Shown piece after piece: positions 1 through 10,921 of a DNA stretch of 64,000 nucleotides. Within the stretch, counting starts at the first letter, position 1. Each line of letters opens with the position of its first letter. Made by a program: the position numbers and the translations under genes. Below the pieces are notes generated by a model that made no database searches, was not told the DNA's origin, and was given only the letters and a program-made list of their open reading frames with translations. The stretch is from Syntrophales bacterium (GTDB lineage: Bacteria; Desulfobacterota; Syntrophia; Syntrophales; UBA6807): positions 64,001 through 128,000 of the forward strand of contig JAXGPA010000005.1 in the NCBI GenBank assembly GCA_040767195.1, given 5' to 3'.

Positions 1-1181
<1,181 letters not shown>

Positions 1182-1415
1182 TCGCTTCAGTGCTCCTTTT
1201 TTCAGAAACGGGTTCAAGGACCCGATTCCGGAGAGGCGCCTTTTATCATAAATTCCGGCTCATGGGTAAAATTTCCGTGACCTGTTCGTGGATTCCCAGG
1301 AAATTTGAAGAGGAAACGCAGCCGATTTTCCAGATAAGCCTATTCTCCCTTCCCCGAGACCGGGGGATCGGAATACGGCCCGCATTAAATGAATGTCACA
1401 GGGAATTGTTGTTTC

Positions 1416-1444
1416 TTGACATATTGACGAAGTTACATTAATTT
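1416..1444 (+). promoter_or_regulatory. Putative sigma70 promoter of the small peptide gene
   Basis: TTGACA-N17-TAATTT in an AT-rich stretch, 57 nt before the ATG at 1502. Confidence 0.5.
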
Positions 1445-1501
1445 TTGAACATTCTGGGAGACGAAAGGCCTTTTTTAAAAGTTTCCACGAAGGAGTGGGT
1501 C

Positions 1502-1627
1502 ATGAAAGAACGGCGTAAGGAAAAAGAAGAAACAAAAAAAAGTTACGAGAAGCCCGCACTGACGCGACGGGGAAAACTCACCGATGTGGGGGTTGCTACG
1601 TCGAAAGACCTCTTACCGGATGAGTGA
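1502..1627 (+). CDS. 41-aa peptide with a lasso/RRE-type RiPP leader motif
   Basis: AGGAG RBS at 1491; MKERRKEKEETKKSYEKPALTRRGKLTDVGVATSKDLLPDE contains YxxPxLxxxG. Confidence 0.65.
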   Translation: MKERRKEKEETKKSYEKPALTRRGKLTDVGVATSKDLLPDE

Positions 1628-1841
1628 TAAATAACTCGGCCCCGTGATATTCTAGGATTCCTGAAAGGGGTTTAAAATTCCGTCACCGAACGGGTGTTCC
1701 GGGAGGCTCTCCCCTGGTTTTTTTGGGCAGCGCCGGTTTTGTTGTCCGGGAAAAAACCCCGCCGGGTACAAATATTTTACCGGAAAGACGGTAAATAAAA
1801 GTAATTTTCCGGGCGCGGAAGCGCTGTTTTATACAAGGCGG

Positions 1842-1871
1842 GAGGCCCCTGGAAACAGGGGCCTCTTTTTT
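1842..1871 (+). terminator. Intrinsic terminator
   Basis: GAGGCCCCTG-GAAA-CAGGGGCCTC, a perfect 10-bp stem, followed by TTTTTT. Confidence 0.75.
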
Positions 1872-1921
1872 CGATGGTGAATGTACAAGGGGTCTCTTTA
1901 GTCCAAGAGGCGCGAGATGCG

Positions 1922-2971
1922 ATGTCGGAGGGCGTAAAAACGGGTTTCCCGGCCACATCGACGCAACGACAGATGCCTTCCCATCGCGCCGTCATTTTCA
2001 TCGACCGGGCCTACTGGGCGCCGGCCGTTCTCGTCAGGGCCGCGATAGCGGCCCTGGATGCCCGCCAGGATGCGCGGCTCGCCGCCATATGCCTGACCAG
2101 ACCCCAGAACTTCCCAAGAATGCTCTTTCGCCACGGCGTGCGCAGGGCGATCCTGGGTATCGGGACCCTCTTCAAAACGGCCGTGAGGATTCGCCACGAC
2201 CTTCCCGTGCCCGTCGACCTGAACCGCTGTGCCCGGCGGAACCGGTTCAGGATACTCCTTCCCCCGGCAGGCGACGTGAATCACCCGGAGTTCGTTAACT
2301 CGCTTCGTAAAGAGGTTCGTCCCACGATCGGCCTGTCATTTTACTGCTCCCGGAAATTCGGCCCCGATCTTCTCGCCGTTCTGGGCTGCGCCGTCAATTA
2401 TCATAACGGTCTTCTGCCGGGTTACCGGGGGCTGGCGGCGACGTCCTGGTCGGTCTACGAGGGGAAGGGGGAAACAGGGTTCACGTTTCACCGAATGAAC
2501 GAGAATATCGACGAAGGCCCCATTCTGTTTCAGGGAACGGTGCCCGTCAACCCCGATTCCAACATCTACGATCTTGAATTGGAAAAGGCGATCGTCGCGG
2601 CCCGGTCAATTCCGCACCTCTTAGACGCCATCGTGAGGGGGGATCCCGGTGTTCCGCAGGAAGGCAACGCCCGGTACTTCTCCAGCAAGGATGTCCTGGC
2701 TGTCACGAGAATTTCCTCCCCTTCGCTCCTTTCCAGCCTCGAGCTTGCGAAAAGGCTCAGGGCCTTCGGGTCCCTGGAACTGAGAATCGCGGGAAAGTGG
2801 CAGAGGGTGACCGGAGTCAGGGAGGTCCAAGGGGATTGCGGTGGTCATTCCCCGCTCCGTTTCCGGACCTGTGACGGGGTCCTCATGGAAGCGGTGGGGT
2901 TCATGCAGCTTCCCTGGGCGGTGTATCGGCCCGTCAAATGGATCAGGGATCGTTATCGACGGAGTTGGTGA
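1922..2971 (+). CDS. Formyltransferase family protein (N10-formyl-THF dependent, Fmt/WbkC-like); start uncertain (1874/1922/1973)
   Basis: NYHNGLLPGYRG and GFTFHRMNENIDEGPIL match the HxxLLPxYRG and G.T.H...D.G motifs of formyltransferases. Confidence 0.8.
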   Translation: MSEGVKTGFPATSTQRQMPSHRAVIFIDRAYWAPAVLVRAAIAALDARQDARLAAICLTRPQNFPRMLFRHGVRRAILGIGTLFKTAVRIRHDLPVPVDLNRCARRNRFRILLPPAGDVNHPEFVNSLRKEVRPTIGLSFYCSRKFGPDLLAVLGCAVNYHNGLLPGYRGLAATSWSVYEGKGETGFTFHRMNENIDEGPILFQGTVPVNPDSNIYDLELEKAIVAARSIPHLLDAIVRGDPGVPQEGNARYFSSKDVLAVTRISSPSLLSSLELAKRLRAFGSLELRIAGKWQRVTGVREVQGDCGGHSPLRFRTCDGVLMEAVGFMQLPWAVYRPVKWIRDRYRRSW

Positions 2972-3304
2972 TTCCCGTCCCCCGCCGCTGCGGGCAGGGG
3001 GACAGGAATACCGGGTCAACATCCCCCCGCGGAGCCGCTGCAATGGAACCTGCCTAAAAGCCTATAAGATTTTCCGGCAAGCGCCCGTTTCGTAAAACCT
3101 CTCGGGCCGTGGCGCCTATTCTGCCGCTTTTACAACAGGTTTTCTCTTTCGTGCCGTCTTCAGGCCTGTTTTTCCCTCTCAGCGCCTGTAAATTTATACG
3201 CTTCTGTCATTGTCGTGGGGGAGGCAACGGGAAAACGGATCCCGGCAGGTTCCGGGCCGCCCCCGTACCGGCTCGAACGGGCCGGCTGGACCGTCAGATA
3301 TTCT

Positions 3305-3334
3305 TTGACACGCAAAAATTCCCTGTATTATACT
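3305..3334 (+). promoter_or_regulatory. Putative sigma70 promoter of the sulfatase operon
   Basis: TTGACA-N18-TATACT. Confidence 0.55.
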
Positions 3335-3471
3335 CGGCCCGTCGAGAAACAGGTTCACGCGGGTTCGACGATATGATCCCTGTTACAGAAACGTGGGCGT
3401 GTCTGTATCCTCGATTCGTTCCTTTTTGTTGGGACGGGGCCTGAAAAATACCTGAAAAAGGAGACCGAGCC

Positions 3472-5439
3472 GTGAAAATTTCACGAAGGGAGTTTCTTCA
3501 GCGCTCCACCAGGATGTCGGCGGCCGCCTTGATCGGCGGCGCCGCCGGCGGCGGTGCCTTGTCCGGCTGTTTCTGGGATGACGACGGTGACAGCGTCACC
3601 CAGTCCCACCCGAACGTCCTGCTCATCATGGTGGATCAGATGCGGACGCCGCCGGAGTACAAGTCCGGCGAGGGCGCCGTTCAGGACTTGAAGGAAATCC
3701 TCGGTTTCCGGCCCCTTTCCCCGGACAACGAATACACCGCGTTCTTCCCCGGTCTTCTGCGGTTGCGCCGGAACGCCGTCGTCCTGAGAACGCACTACAC
3801 CGCGTCGGCCGCCTGCACCCCCAGCCGGGCCTGCATCATGACCGGCCAATATGCGAGCGTGACCGGCGTCACCGACACGGACCAGATGTTCAAGACCGTC
3901 GCCGATGTGTCCTGGCTCGACCCGGACGGTACGCCGACCATCGGCCACTGGTTTCGCGCCGTCGGTTACACCACCCACTACTTCGGGAAATGGCACGTGT
4001 CGGAGGCCAACGAGGAGACCGATTATCTCGAACCCTGGGGGTTTTCCGAGTGGGAAAAATCCTATCCCGAGGCCCACGGCGGGAACGCTTACAACACGGG
4101 TACGTTCCGCGATATCGGGTGCGCCGACAACGTCGTCGCGTTCCTCGAAAAAAAGGGAAGGGAGGCTTCCGGGCGTCCCTGGTTCGCCGTCGGCTCCATT
4201 CTCAACCCCCACGACTGCAGCATGTGGCCCCTGAACTGGCAGATGCCCAACGAAACGGGCGTCGTGGAGTGGAAGAATTACCCGCCCCCGCCCTCCATTC
4301 CTGAAAAGTGGCAGGAAAGCCTCGAGGGCACCGTCTGCCCCGGGACGAACAATGAAAAAACCTTCCGGGTGGACCTGAACCCGGACGGCTTTCCCCAGGA
4401 CAACTGCGCCCTGCCGCCGACCTACAAGGAGTCCCTGGATGACAAGCCCCGGTGCCAGAAAGACTACGCCCTCAAGTGGGGACTCGCCTTCGCCGCGAAC
4501 TGGGACGAGGGTTTCATGGAAATGGGCCTTCCCCGCTTGTCCCCTCTCCCCTTTCAGCTCCGGGGCGAAAACGCCGATGCCTGGTTCCTCCATTACAGCC
4601 AGTTCTATCTCTACTGCCACTACCTGGCGGATCTCCAGATCCGGAGGATGCTGGCGGCCCTCGACGATAACAACCTGGCGGACAATACCATCGTCGTCTT
4701 CCTTTCCGACCATGGCGAACTGACGGGCGCCCACGGCGGCATGATTCAGAAGTGGCACAACGCCTATGAAGAGAGCATCCGGGTGCCCATGATCCTGTCG
4801 TCGCCCCTGGTGAACGGAAACAGGGATGAAATGAGGGAAATCCTCGAGCCCACCAGCTCCATCGATTTCGCCCCGACCATCCTGGCCCTGGCCGGGTACG
4901 ACGAGGAAACGGTGAGGGGCCTCGTGGAGAAGGTTCACGGCAAGTCGGTGGTGAAGCCCTTTGTGGGCGCCGATCTGTCGTCTTATGTCACCGGTGAGCA
5001 CGGGGGAGACATTATCGGGCCTGACGGAAAACCGAGGGCCGGTGTCTTCTTCATGACAAACGACACCATCACGGCTCTCGGTCAAAGCGGTGCGAAGGAA
5101 ACCCCCTACGACCTGTTCCTGGACGACGTGGAAACGCTGATCGGTGAAGGAAAGCTCGAGGCGCCCGGCTCCGTCAGGCAGCCCAACAACGTGAGGGCCC
5201 TGTGCACCGGGGACTGGAAGATCGCCCGGTACGTAGACCCCAACGGGGTCGAGCCCGATGAGTGGGAACTCTACTGCCTGGCGGCGGATCCCGTGGAGGA
5301 AACCAATCTCGTCGATTTCAGGACGGGGGACGTCCGTGACGGCGTGACCGTGCCCGGCATGACGCAGCTCGAGCTGAGATTGAAAAACCTGGAACTGAGA
5401 ACGGAACTGGCCCGGCAGGAAGCACTCCTGCTCGGCTGA
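3472..5439 (+). CDS. Formylglycine-dependent sulfatase, Tat-exported probable lipoprotein
   Basis: SRREFL Tat motif, LSGC lipobox, PNVLLIMVDQ, CTPSRA (CxPxR), GKWH, SDHG; GTG start with AGGAG RBS. Confidence 0.9.
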   Translation: MKISRREFLQRSTRMSAAALIGGAAGGGALSGCFWDDDGDSVTQSHPNVLLIMVDQMRTPPEYKSGEGAVQDLKEILGFRPLSPDNEYTAFFPGLLRLRRNAVVLRTHYTASAACTPSRACIMTGQYASVTGVTDTDQMFKTVADVSWLDPDGTPTIGHWFRAVGYTTHYFGKWHVSEANEETDYLEPWGFSEWEKSYPEAHGGNAYNTGTFRDIGCADNVVAFLEKKGREASGRPWFAVGSILNPHDCSMWPLNWQMPNETGVVEWKNYPPPPSIPEKWQESLEGTVCPGTNNEKTFRVDLNPDGFPQDNCALPPTYKESLDDKPRCQKDYALKWGLAFAANWDEGFMEMGLPRLSPLPFQLRGENADAWFLHYSQFYLYCHYLADLQIRRMLAALDDNNLADNTIVVFLSDHGELTGAHGGMIQKWHNAYEESIRVPMILSSPLVNGNRDEMREILEPTSSIDFAPTILALAGYDEETVRGLVEKVHGKSVVKPFVGADLSSYVTGEHGGDIIGPDGKPRAGVFFMTNDTITALGQSGAKETPYDLFLDDVETLIGEGKLEAPGSVRQPNNVRALCTGDWKIARYVDPNGVEPDEWELYCLAADPVEETNLVDFRTGDVRDGVTVPGMTQLELRLKNLELRTELARQEALLLG

Positions 5440-5483
5440 TCGGGGTTGCCGTTCTTTTCCGAAAAGGCGTTTGACACCGCTTT

Positions 5484-6746
5484 ATGGTCCATGACCAGCA
5501 GAAAGACCGGCCCGCCGCCGGGCCCGGCGGCGGGCCGCAGGTCCCCTTTCATCTCATGGCAAAACCGGCCGGGCCGGTCTGCAATCTCCGCTGCCGATAC
5601 TGTTTCTACCGGGAGAAAGAGGCCTTTTTCCCCGGGGGAACGTCCCTGTTCATGCCGGAAGAGGTTCTCGAGGCCTACACCCGGGAATACATCCGGTCCC
5701 AGCCCGGACCTTCCGTTCTTTTCGAGTGGCAGGGGGGCGAGCCAGCCCTGGCGGGGCTGGATTTTTTCCGGAAAGCCCTGGAATTTCAAAAAAAGTACAA
5801 TCAGGGAAAAGAGATTTCCAATTCCTTTCAGACGAACGGGACGCTTCTGGACGAGTCCTGGTGCGCCTTCCTCTCGAAAAACCGCTTCCTCGTCGGCTTG
5901 AGCCTGGACGGGCCCGAGGCGGTTCACGACGCCTTCCGCGTGGACCGGGACGGCGGGCCGACGTTCAGCCGGGTTCTCGATTCCCTGAGGTTGATGCAGA
6001 AGCACGGGGTCGAATTCAACGTTCTCGCCGCCGTGAACCGGGAAAGCGCGAAGAAGCCCCTCGAGATCTATCGTTTTTTCAGGGAGAAGGACGTCCGGTT
6101 CATCCAGTTCGTGCCCATCGTGGAAAGGGAAGCGGATGGCGAGGCGGAACGGCTCGGTCTCTCCCTTGCCGTCCCGCCTTCACTCGACGGGAAAGGGCCG
6201 TCCCTGTCGGTGACGCCCTGGAGCGTGAAGCCCGAAGCGTACGGGGACTTTCTCATCGGTGTCTTCGATGAGTGGGTCAGAAACGACGTGGGCAGGATCT
6301 TCGTGATGAACTTCGAGTGGGCCCTGGCGGCCTGGGCCGGGGTCGGGCCGGGGATGTGCCACCTTGCCCCCCGATGCGGGCGGAACCTGATCCTGGAACA
6401 CAACGGCGACGTTTTTTCCTGCGACCACTTCATGTATCCCGCCTACCGCCTCGGAAACATACGGGAAGACGGACTGGGAGACATGGTCCTCTCAGAACAA
6501 CAGGCCGCCTTCGGCGCGTCGAAGGAAACCGCCCTCCCCGGATATTGCCGTCGCTGTGATGTCCTCTTCGTTTGCCGAGGCGGATGCCTGAAACATCGAT
6601 TCGGCCGGACCCCCGGCGGGGACCCCGGGTTGAATTACCTTTGCGGCGGCTTCAAAAAATTCTACCGCCATGCCGGTCCTGTCATGAAACGCATGACCGA
6701 ACTCATCGGCAGGGGCCTTCCTGTGGCGAAGATCATGGAAGGGTAA
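5484..6746 (+). CDS. Anaerobic sulfatase-maturating radical SAM/SPASM enzyme (anSME)
   Basis: CNLRCRYC, WQGGEP, QTNGTL, SLDGP, SPASM cysteines (CDHF, CRRC, CRGGC); adjacent to the sulfatase. Confidence 0.93.
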   Translation: MVHDQQKDRPAAGPGGGPQVPFHLMAKPAGPVCNLRCRYCFYREKEAFFPGGTSLFMPEEVLEAYTREYIRSQPGPSVLFEWQGGEPALAGLDFFRKALEFQKKYNQGKEISNSFQTNGTLLDESWCAFLSKNRFLVGLSLDGPEAVHDAFRVDRDGGPTFSRVLDSLRLMQKHGVEFNVLAAVNRESAKKPLEIYRFFREKDVRFIQFVPIVEREADGEAERLGLSLAVPPSLDGKGPSLSVTPWSVKPEAYGDFLIGVFDEWVRNDVGRIFVMNFEWALAAWAGVGPGMCHLAPRCGRNLILEHNGDVFSCDHFMYPAYRLGNIREDGLGDMVLSEQQAAFGASKETALPGYCRRCDVLFVCRGGCLKHRFGRTPGGDPGLNYLCGGFKKFYRHAGPVMKRMTELIGRGLPVAKIMEG

Positions 6747-6885
6747 TCGGGCCCGGCGCCCCCTGGTAAAGCCGGGGACAGCACCCTTCAAAGCCTTTTC
6801 TCACGACGGCGGAAAATCGGGATTTTGTCCGGTGAAAGCGGCCTGTGACTCCTATTGTCGTTGATCGGCTTCGAACATGAAGAAC

Positions 6886-7788
6886 CTATTTTCTCGAGGC
6901 CAGGGAGCGTGCCGTTTTTCTCGCCACATCGACGAAATTCCGGAGAACCAGGGAGTCCTGGTCCGTCACCCAGGCCATGTCGAGGACCGTGCGGGCCCCT
7001 CCGGAAATCGTTCTGAAGACGACCCCCTCGATGCGGGAACGCTGCATGGAGGCGGGCACCACGGCTACACCGACGCCCGCCGCCACCAGGCCGATCACCG
7101 TGTGAAACTGGGACGCTTCCAATACGATGCGGGGACTGAAGCCTTCCCGGTGACAGAGGGCGATGATGAAATCGAAGAAACCGGGGCCCCTCTCCCGTGG
7201 AATCATGATGAAGGATTCCCGGGACAGCAGGCGCAGCGGCAGGGAACGTTCACCCTCCAGGGGGTGGTTGCGGGGCATGGCCGCCACCAGGGGTTCCCGG
7301 AAGACCGGCTCGACGGACAAGCCCTCGTCTTCCATTCCCCGGGGCGGCCGCAGGAACCCCACCTGGATTCTTCCATCACGGAGGGCTTCCAGCTGATGGC
7401 TCGTGTTCATTTCCGTCAGGCGAAGCTCCACATCCTGAAACTTTTTTCTGAAATCACGAATGATGTGGGGCAGAACACTGTAATTGGCGGAACCGATGAA
7501 TCCCACGGCAAGGTGCCCGATCTCCCCCTGGTCGGCACGGACCGCCCGGCGGACCGCTTCCCGGGACAGGGCCACAATCCGCCTCGCTTCTTCGAGGAAA
7601 ACCTGTCCCGTCGCGGTGAGTTCCACCCGCCGGTTTGTCCGGTTGAACAACCGGACGCCCAGTTTCTCTTCCAGCTGTTTTATCTGCTGGCTCAGGGGTG
7701 GCTGAGAAATGTTCAGCCTTTTTGCCGCCCTTCCAAAATGAAGCTCTTCCGCGACGGCAATGAAATAGGTGAGATGCCTCAATTCCAT
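6886..7788 (-). CDS. LysR family transcriptional regulator (AlsR/HcaR-like)
   Basis: MELRHLTYFIAVAEELHFGRAAKRLNISQPPLSQQIKQLE HTH; divergent from the ptb-buk operon across an AT-rich spacer. Confidence 0.95.
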   Translation of the reverse strand: MELRHLTYFIAVAEELHFGRAAKRLNISQPPLSQQIKQLEEKLGVRLFNRTNRRVELTATGQVFLEEARRIVALSREAVRRAVRADQGEIGHLAVGFIGSANYSVLPHIIRDFRKKFQDVELRLTEMNTSHQLEALRDGRIQVGFLRPPRGMEDEGLSVEPVFREPLVAAMPRNHPLEGERSLPLRLLSRESFIMIPRERGPGFFDFIIALCHREGFSPRIVLEASQFHTVIGLVAAGVGVAVVPASMQRSRIEGVVFRTISGGARTVLDMAWVTDQDSLVLRNFVDVARKTARSLASRK

Positions 7789-7963
7789 TGATATTTAATA
7801 AATATTAAAATAAGACGAACAATATATTTTAAATTTAAAAAAACATAGAGTATGCTCTTGTCGAAGTCAACTGAAAATTGAGGGTCAAATAAGATAATTG
7901 AAGGTTTGCAGCGGAACCGGGTTTTTCCTGTTCCGCCGGACCCATGGGAAGGGAGGATCGACG

Positions 7964-8878
7964 ATGATCGGATCGCTTGCCGATTTTGCCCGGCTGGCCC
8001 GGGAGAAGGGACCCAAAAAAATGGCCGTCCTGGCCCCTGAAGACGAGGAGTTCATGACGGCGGTCAAAACGAGCTGGGAGAAGGGTTATATCGAACCCGT
8101 CCTCATCGGCGACGGCGTGAAAATCGCCGGGGTGGCGGAAAAGGTTTCTTTCCCTATCGACCACTTTGAAAAAATTTCCAGTGCCGACCCTCAGGGCATT
8201 TCCGATCTCGGGATCGGGATGCTCTTTTCCGGCGAAACGCCCATTGCCGGCAAGGGCCAGATCCCGACCTCCTACATCTACCGGTCCATCATCCGCGAAG
8301 AAGCGAAGTCGGGTTCGGGGATGACGGTCAGCGTGGTGTCGTTCTGGGAGATTCCGGGAATCGATCACCTCGTCGCCTTCACCGACACGGGGGTCAACAT
8401 CAAGCCGAATCTCAAGGCCAAGAGGGAAATCATCCGGAACGCCGTCTTCGTCTATCATCTCCTGGGTTATCCCCGGCCGAGGATTGCCGTCCTGTCCGGA
8501 CAGCGAGATCTCGGCGGGGACCTGGCCTCCTACGGGGATTACCGGGCCCTGAAAGAGGCCGCCGAGGCCGGTGATTTCGGCTCCTGCGAAATCATGGCGG
8601 CCACGTCGTTCACGGACATCTTCCTCGGCCGCCGTGACCGCCCGGTGGATTACGGCCGGATCCGGGGTGACGACGTGCCTCACATCCTTCTCGTCCCCTG
8701 TCTCGACACGGGCAACATCATCTGCAAGCTCGATTTTTTTCTTGACGTGACCCGGAGCTCACTCGTCGCCACGTCTCGGGGCCCCGTGTGCATTCCCGCC
8801 CGGTCGGACTTCAGCGACAACATCGTCCAGCAGATCGCCATGAGCGTCGTCCTGGCCGACCGCATGGAAAGGAGGTGA
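7964..8878 (+). CDS. Phosphate acyltransferase (Ptb/Pta-like), copy 1
   Basis: KGQIPTS, FTDTGVNIKP, PRIAVLS, LVPCLDTGNIICK, PARSD; upstream of buk. Confidence 0.8.
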   Translation: MIGSLADFARLAREKGPKKMAVLAPEDEEFMTAVKTSWEKGYIEPVLIGDGVKIAGVAEKVSFPIDHFEKISSADPQGISDLGIGMLFSGETPIAGKGQIPTSYIYRSIIREEAKSGSGMTVSVVSFWEIPGIDHLVAFTDTGVNIKPNLKAKREIIRNAVFVYHLLGYPRPRIAVLSGQRDLGGDLASYGDYRALKEAAEAGDFGSCEIMAATSFTDIFLGRRDRPVDYGRIRGDDVPHILLVPCLDTGNIICKLDFFLDVTRSSLVATSRGPVCIPARSDFSDNIVQQIAMSVVLADRMERR

Positions 8879-8884
8879 CGTGAG

Positions 8885-9802
8885 ATGCTGAACGCGTTCA
8901 AGGATATTACGGAAGCGGCACGTCGGGGCGGGTCGAAAAGAATCGTGGTTCCCTGGCCGACGGAACAGGACCTCGCCGTTCTGGCCGAAGCGGCGGCGGC
9001 GGGGCTCGTCTCCCCGTGCCTGGTGGGAAACGGCGGAAGGCTGAAAGCCCTCGTCGACCGGTCATCCCTGGCGGCAGGAACGTGCGACATCCTGGAGGAA
9101 GACGACCCCCGGCAGGCTCTTTTGAAGGCCATGGCGGTTGTCCGAAGCGGCGACGGTGATATTCTCATGCAGGGCGGCGCCGCCAAGAGCGATCTTTTCC
9201 AGGCCCTTCGGGACAAAGACGCGGGGTGGCTGAACCCGGGCGGGGTTCTGAGCCTCGTTTCCGTCTTTTCCCTTCTGAAGAGAGAAAAGCTGATCCTCGT
9301 CACGGACACCTATATCAACAACCATCCGACCCTGGTGGAAAAACAGAGGATTCTCGGAAACGCCCTCGACCTGGCCCGCCTCCTCGGCATGGAATCGCCG
9401 AAGACCGCCGTCCTGGCGGCCATCGAGCAGGTCAATCCCGGGATTCCCTCCACACTGGACGCCGCCGTCCTGTCCAAGATGGCGGAGCGCCGACAGTTCG
9501 GCAGGGCCGTCGTCGAGGGACCTCTCGACATCGACTGTGCCCTGAGCCAGGTGGCGGCGAAAAGAAAAGGGCTTCAAAGTGCCGTGACAGGCAACGTGGA
9601 CATCTACCTGGTCCCTGAAATCGACACGGGGCTTCTCCTGGCGGAGGCCCTCGTGTTCTTCGGAAGGATGAAGACGGCGGGCGTGGTCATGGGAACGACG
9701 AGACCGGTGATCGTCGATCTTCCTTTTGTCTCCCGTGAAAACCGGGTTGTCGAAATCGCCCTGGCCAGCCTTCTGTGCCGGAAAGGAGGGAAAGATGCCT
9801 GA
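8885..9802 (+). CDS. Phosphate butyryltransferase-like protein, copy 2
   Basis: DILMQG, TDTYIN, PKTAVLAAIEQVNP, STLDAAVLSKMAERRQ, VEGPLDID, LVPEIDTG. Confidence 0.85.
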   Translation: MLNAFKDITEAARRGGSKRIVVPWPTEQDLAVLAEAAAAGLVSPCLVGNGGRLKALVDRSSLAAGTCDILEEDDPRQALLKAMAVVRSGDGDILMQGGAAKSDLFQALRDKDAGWLNPGGVLSLVSVFSLLKREKLILVTDTYINNHPTLVEKQRILGNALDLARLLGMESPKTAVLAAIEQVNPGIPSTLDAAVLSKMAERRQFGRAVVEGPLDIDCALSQVAAKRKGLQSAVTGNVDIYLVPEIDTGLLLAEALVFFGRMKTAGVVMGTTRPVIVDLPFVSRENRVVEIALASLLCRKGGKDA

Positions 9803-10895
9803 AGGAAAGGATGACAAATATCGCCTCCTCGTGATCAACGTGGGTTCCACGTCGACCAAGGTTGCCGTTTTCCTCGGGAACGATCCCGTGGCGACCGAGA
9901 CGATCCGGTATCGTGCCGAAGACCTCGCCCGTCTACCCTCCTCGGGCGGGCAACTGGAGCTGCGAGAAAAGGACGTGATGGCGTTTCTCGGGAAACACGG
10001 GATCTCCCTTGGGAACATCGACATGGTCGTCAGCCGGGGAGGGCTTGGAAAACCGGCGCCCGCCGGGGCTTACCGGGTCGATGAGACCATGCGCGACGAC
10101 CTCATGGAGGGAAAATACGGGAAACACCCGTCGGCCCTGGGACCTTCCATGGCCCTCGACTTCTCGAAAAAATTCGGGATGCCTGCCCTCGTCGTCGATC
10201 CGCCGAGCACCGACGAATTCGAGCCCCTGGCCCGGATTTCCGGTCTTCCCGAGATCGAGCGCAAAAGTGCCTTTCACGCCCTGAACCAGAAGATGGCGGC
10301 GCGAAAATACGCCCTGTCGGTGGGGAAAAAGTACGAGGAGACGGATGTCGTCGTGGCCCACCTGGGCGGCGGCATCACCATCGGCGCCCACAGGCGCGGA
10401 CGGGTCATCGACTGCACCCACGGCCTTGCCGAAGGGCCCATGACGCCGGAGAGGTCCGGCGGCCTTCCCACGATGGATCTCATCGATCTCGCCTTTTCGG
10501 GGAAAACGGACAAAAAAGGGATCCAGGGCCGCCTCGTGGGGCAGGGCGGGCTGATGGCCTACCTGGGGACGGCGGACGCCCTGACGGTCGAGGACAGGAT
10601 CCGGGGGGGCGATGAAAAGGCGGAAAAAGTTTACGAGGCCGTGGCCTATCAGGTGGCCAAGGAGATCGGCGCCATGGCGACGGTTCTCCAGGGGCGCCTC
10701 GACGCCGTCATCCTCACCGGCGGCCTCGCCCATTCCCGCCTTCTCACGGGCTGGATCGAGGCGCGGATCCGATTCCTCGCGCCGGTTTTCATTTTCCCCG
10801 GCGAAGATGAGATGTCGGCCCTGGCCGAAGGGGGCCTCAGGGTCCTGAGGAAAGAGGAAGAGACAAAGACATACGGGACGGAAGTTCCCCGATAA
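9795..10895 (+). CDS. buk: Butyrate / branched-chain carboxylate kinase
   Basis: INVGSTSTK, SRGG, FHALNQK, HLGGGIT, TPERSG, LTGGLA, PGEDEM. Confidence 0.93.
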   Translation: MPEGKDDKYRLLVINVGSTSTKVAVFLGNDPVATETIRYRAEDLARLPSSGGQLELREKDVMAFLGKHGISLGNIDMVVSRGGLGKPAPAGAYRVDETMRDDLMEGKYGKHPSALGPSMALDFSKKFGMPALVVDPPSTDEFEPLARISGLPEIERKSAFHALNQKMAARKYALSVGKKYEETDVVVAHLGGGITIGAHRRGRVIDCTHGLAEGPMTPERSGGLPTMDLIDLAFSGKTDKKGIQGRLVGQGGLMAYLGTADALTVEDRIRGGDEKAEKVYEAVAYQVAKEIGAMATVLQGRLDAVILTGGLAHSRLLTGWIEARIRFLAPVFIFPGEDEMSALAEGGLRVLRKEEETKTYGTEVPR

Positions 10896-10921
10896 GAGGA
10901 CAGGTCACCGGGAGGGCCATC

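Noticed and set aside
3109..3444. 111-aa ORF upstream of the sulfatase
   Set aside because: No RBS or recognisable features, and it spans the predicted sulfatase promoter.
5484..6746. Radical SAM/SPASM enzyme as maturase of the 41-aa peptide
   Set aside because: It has anSME signatures, no evident RRE domain, and sits beside a CxPxR sulfatase.
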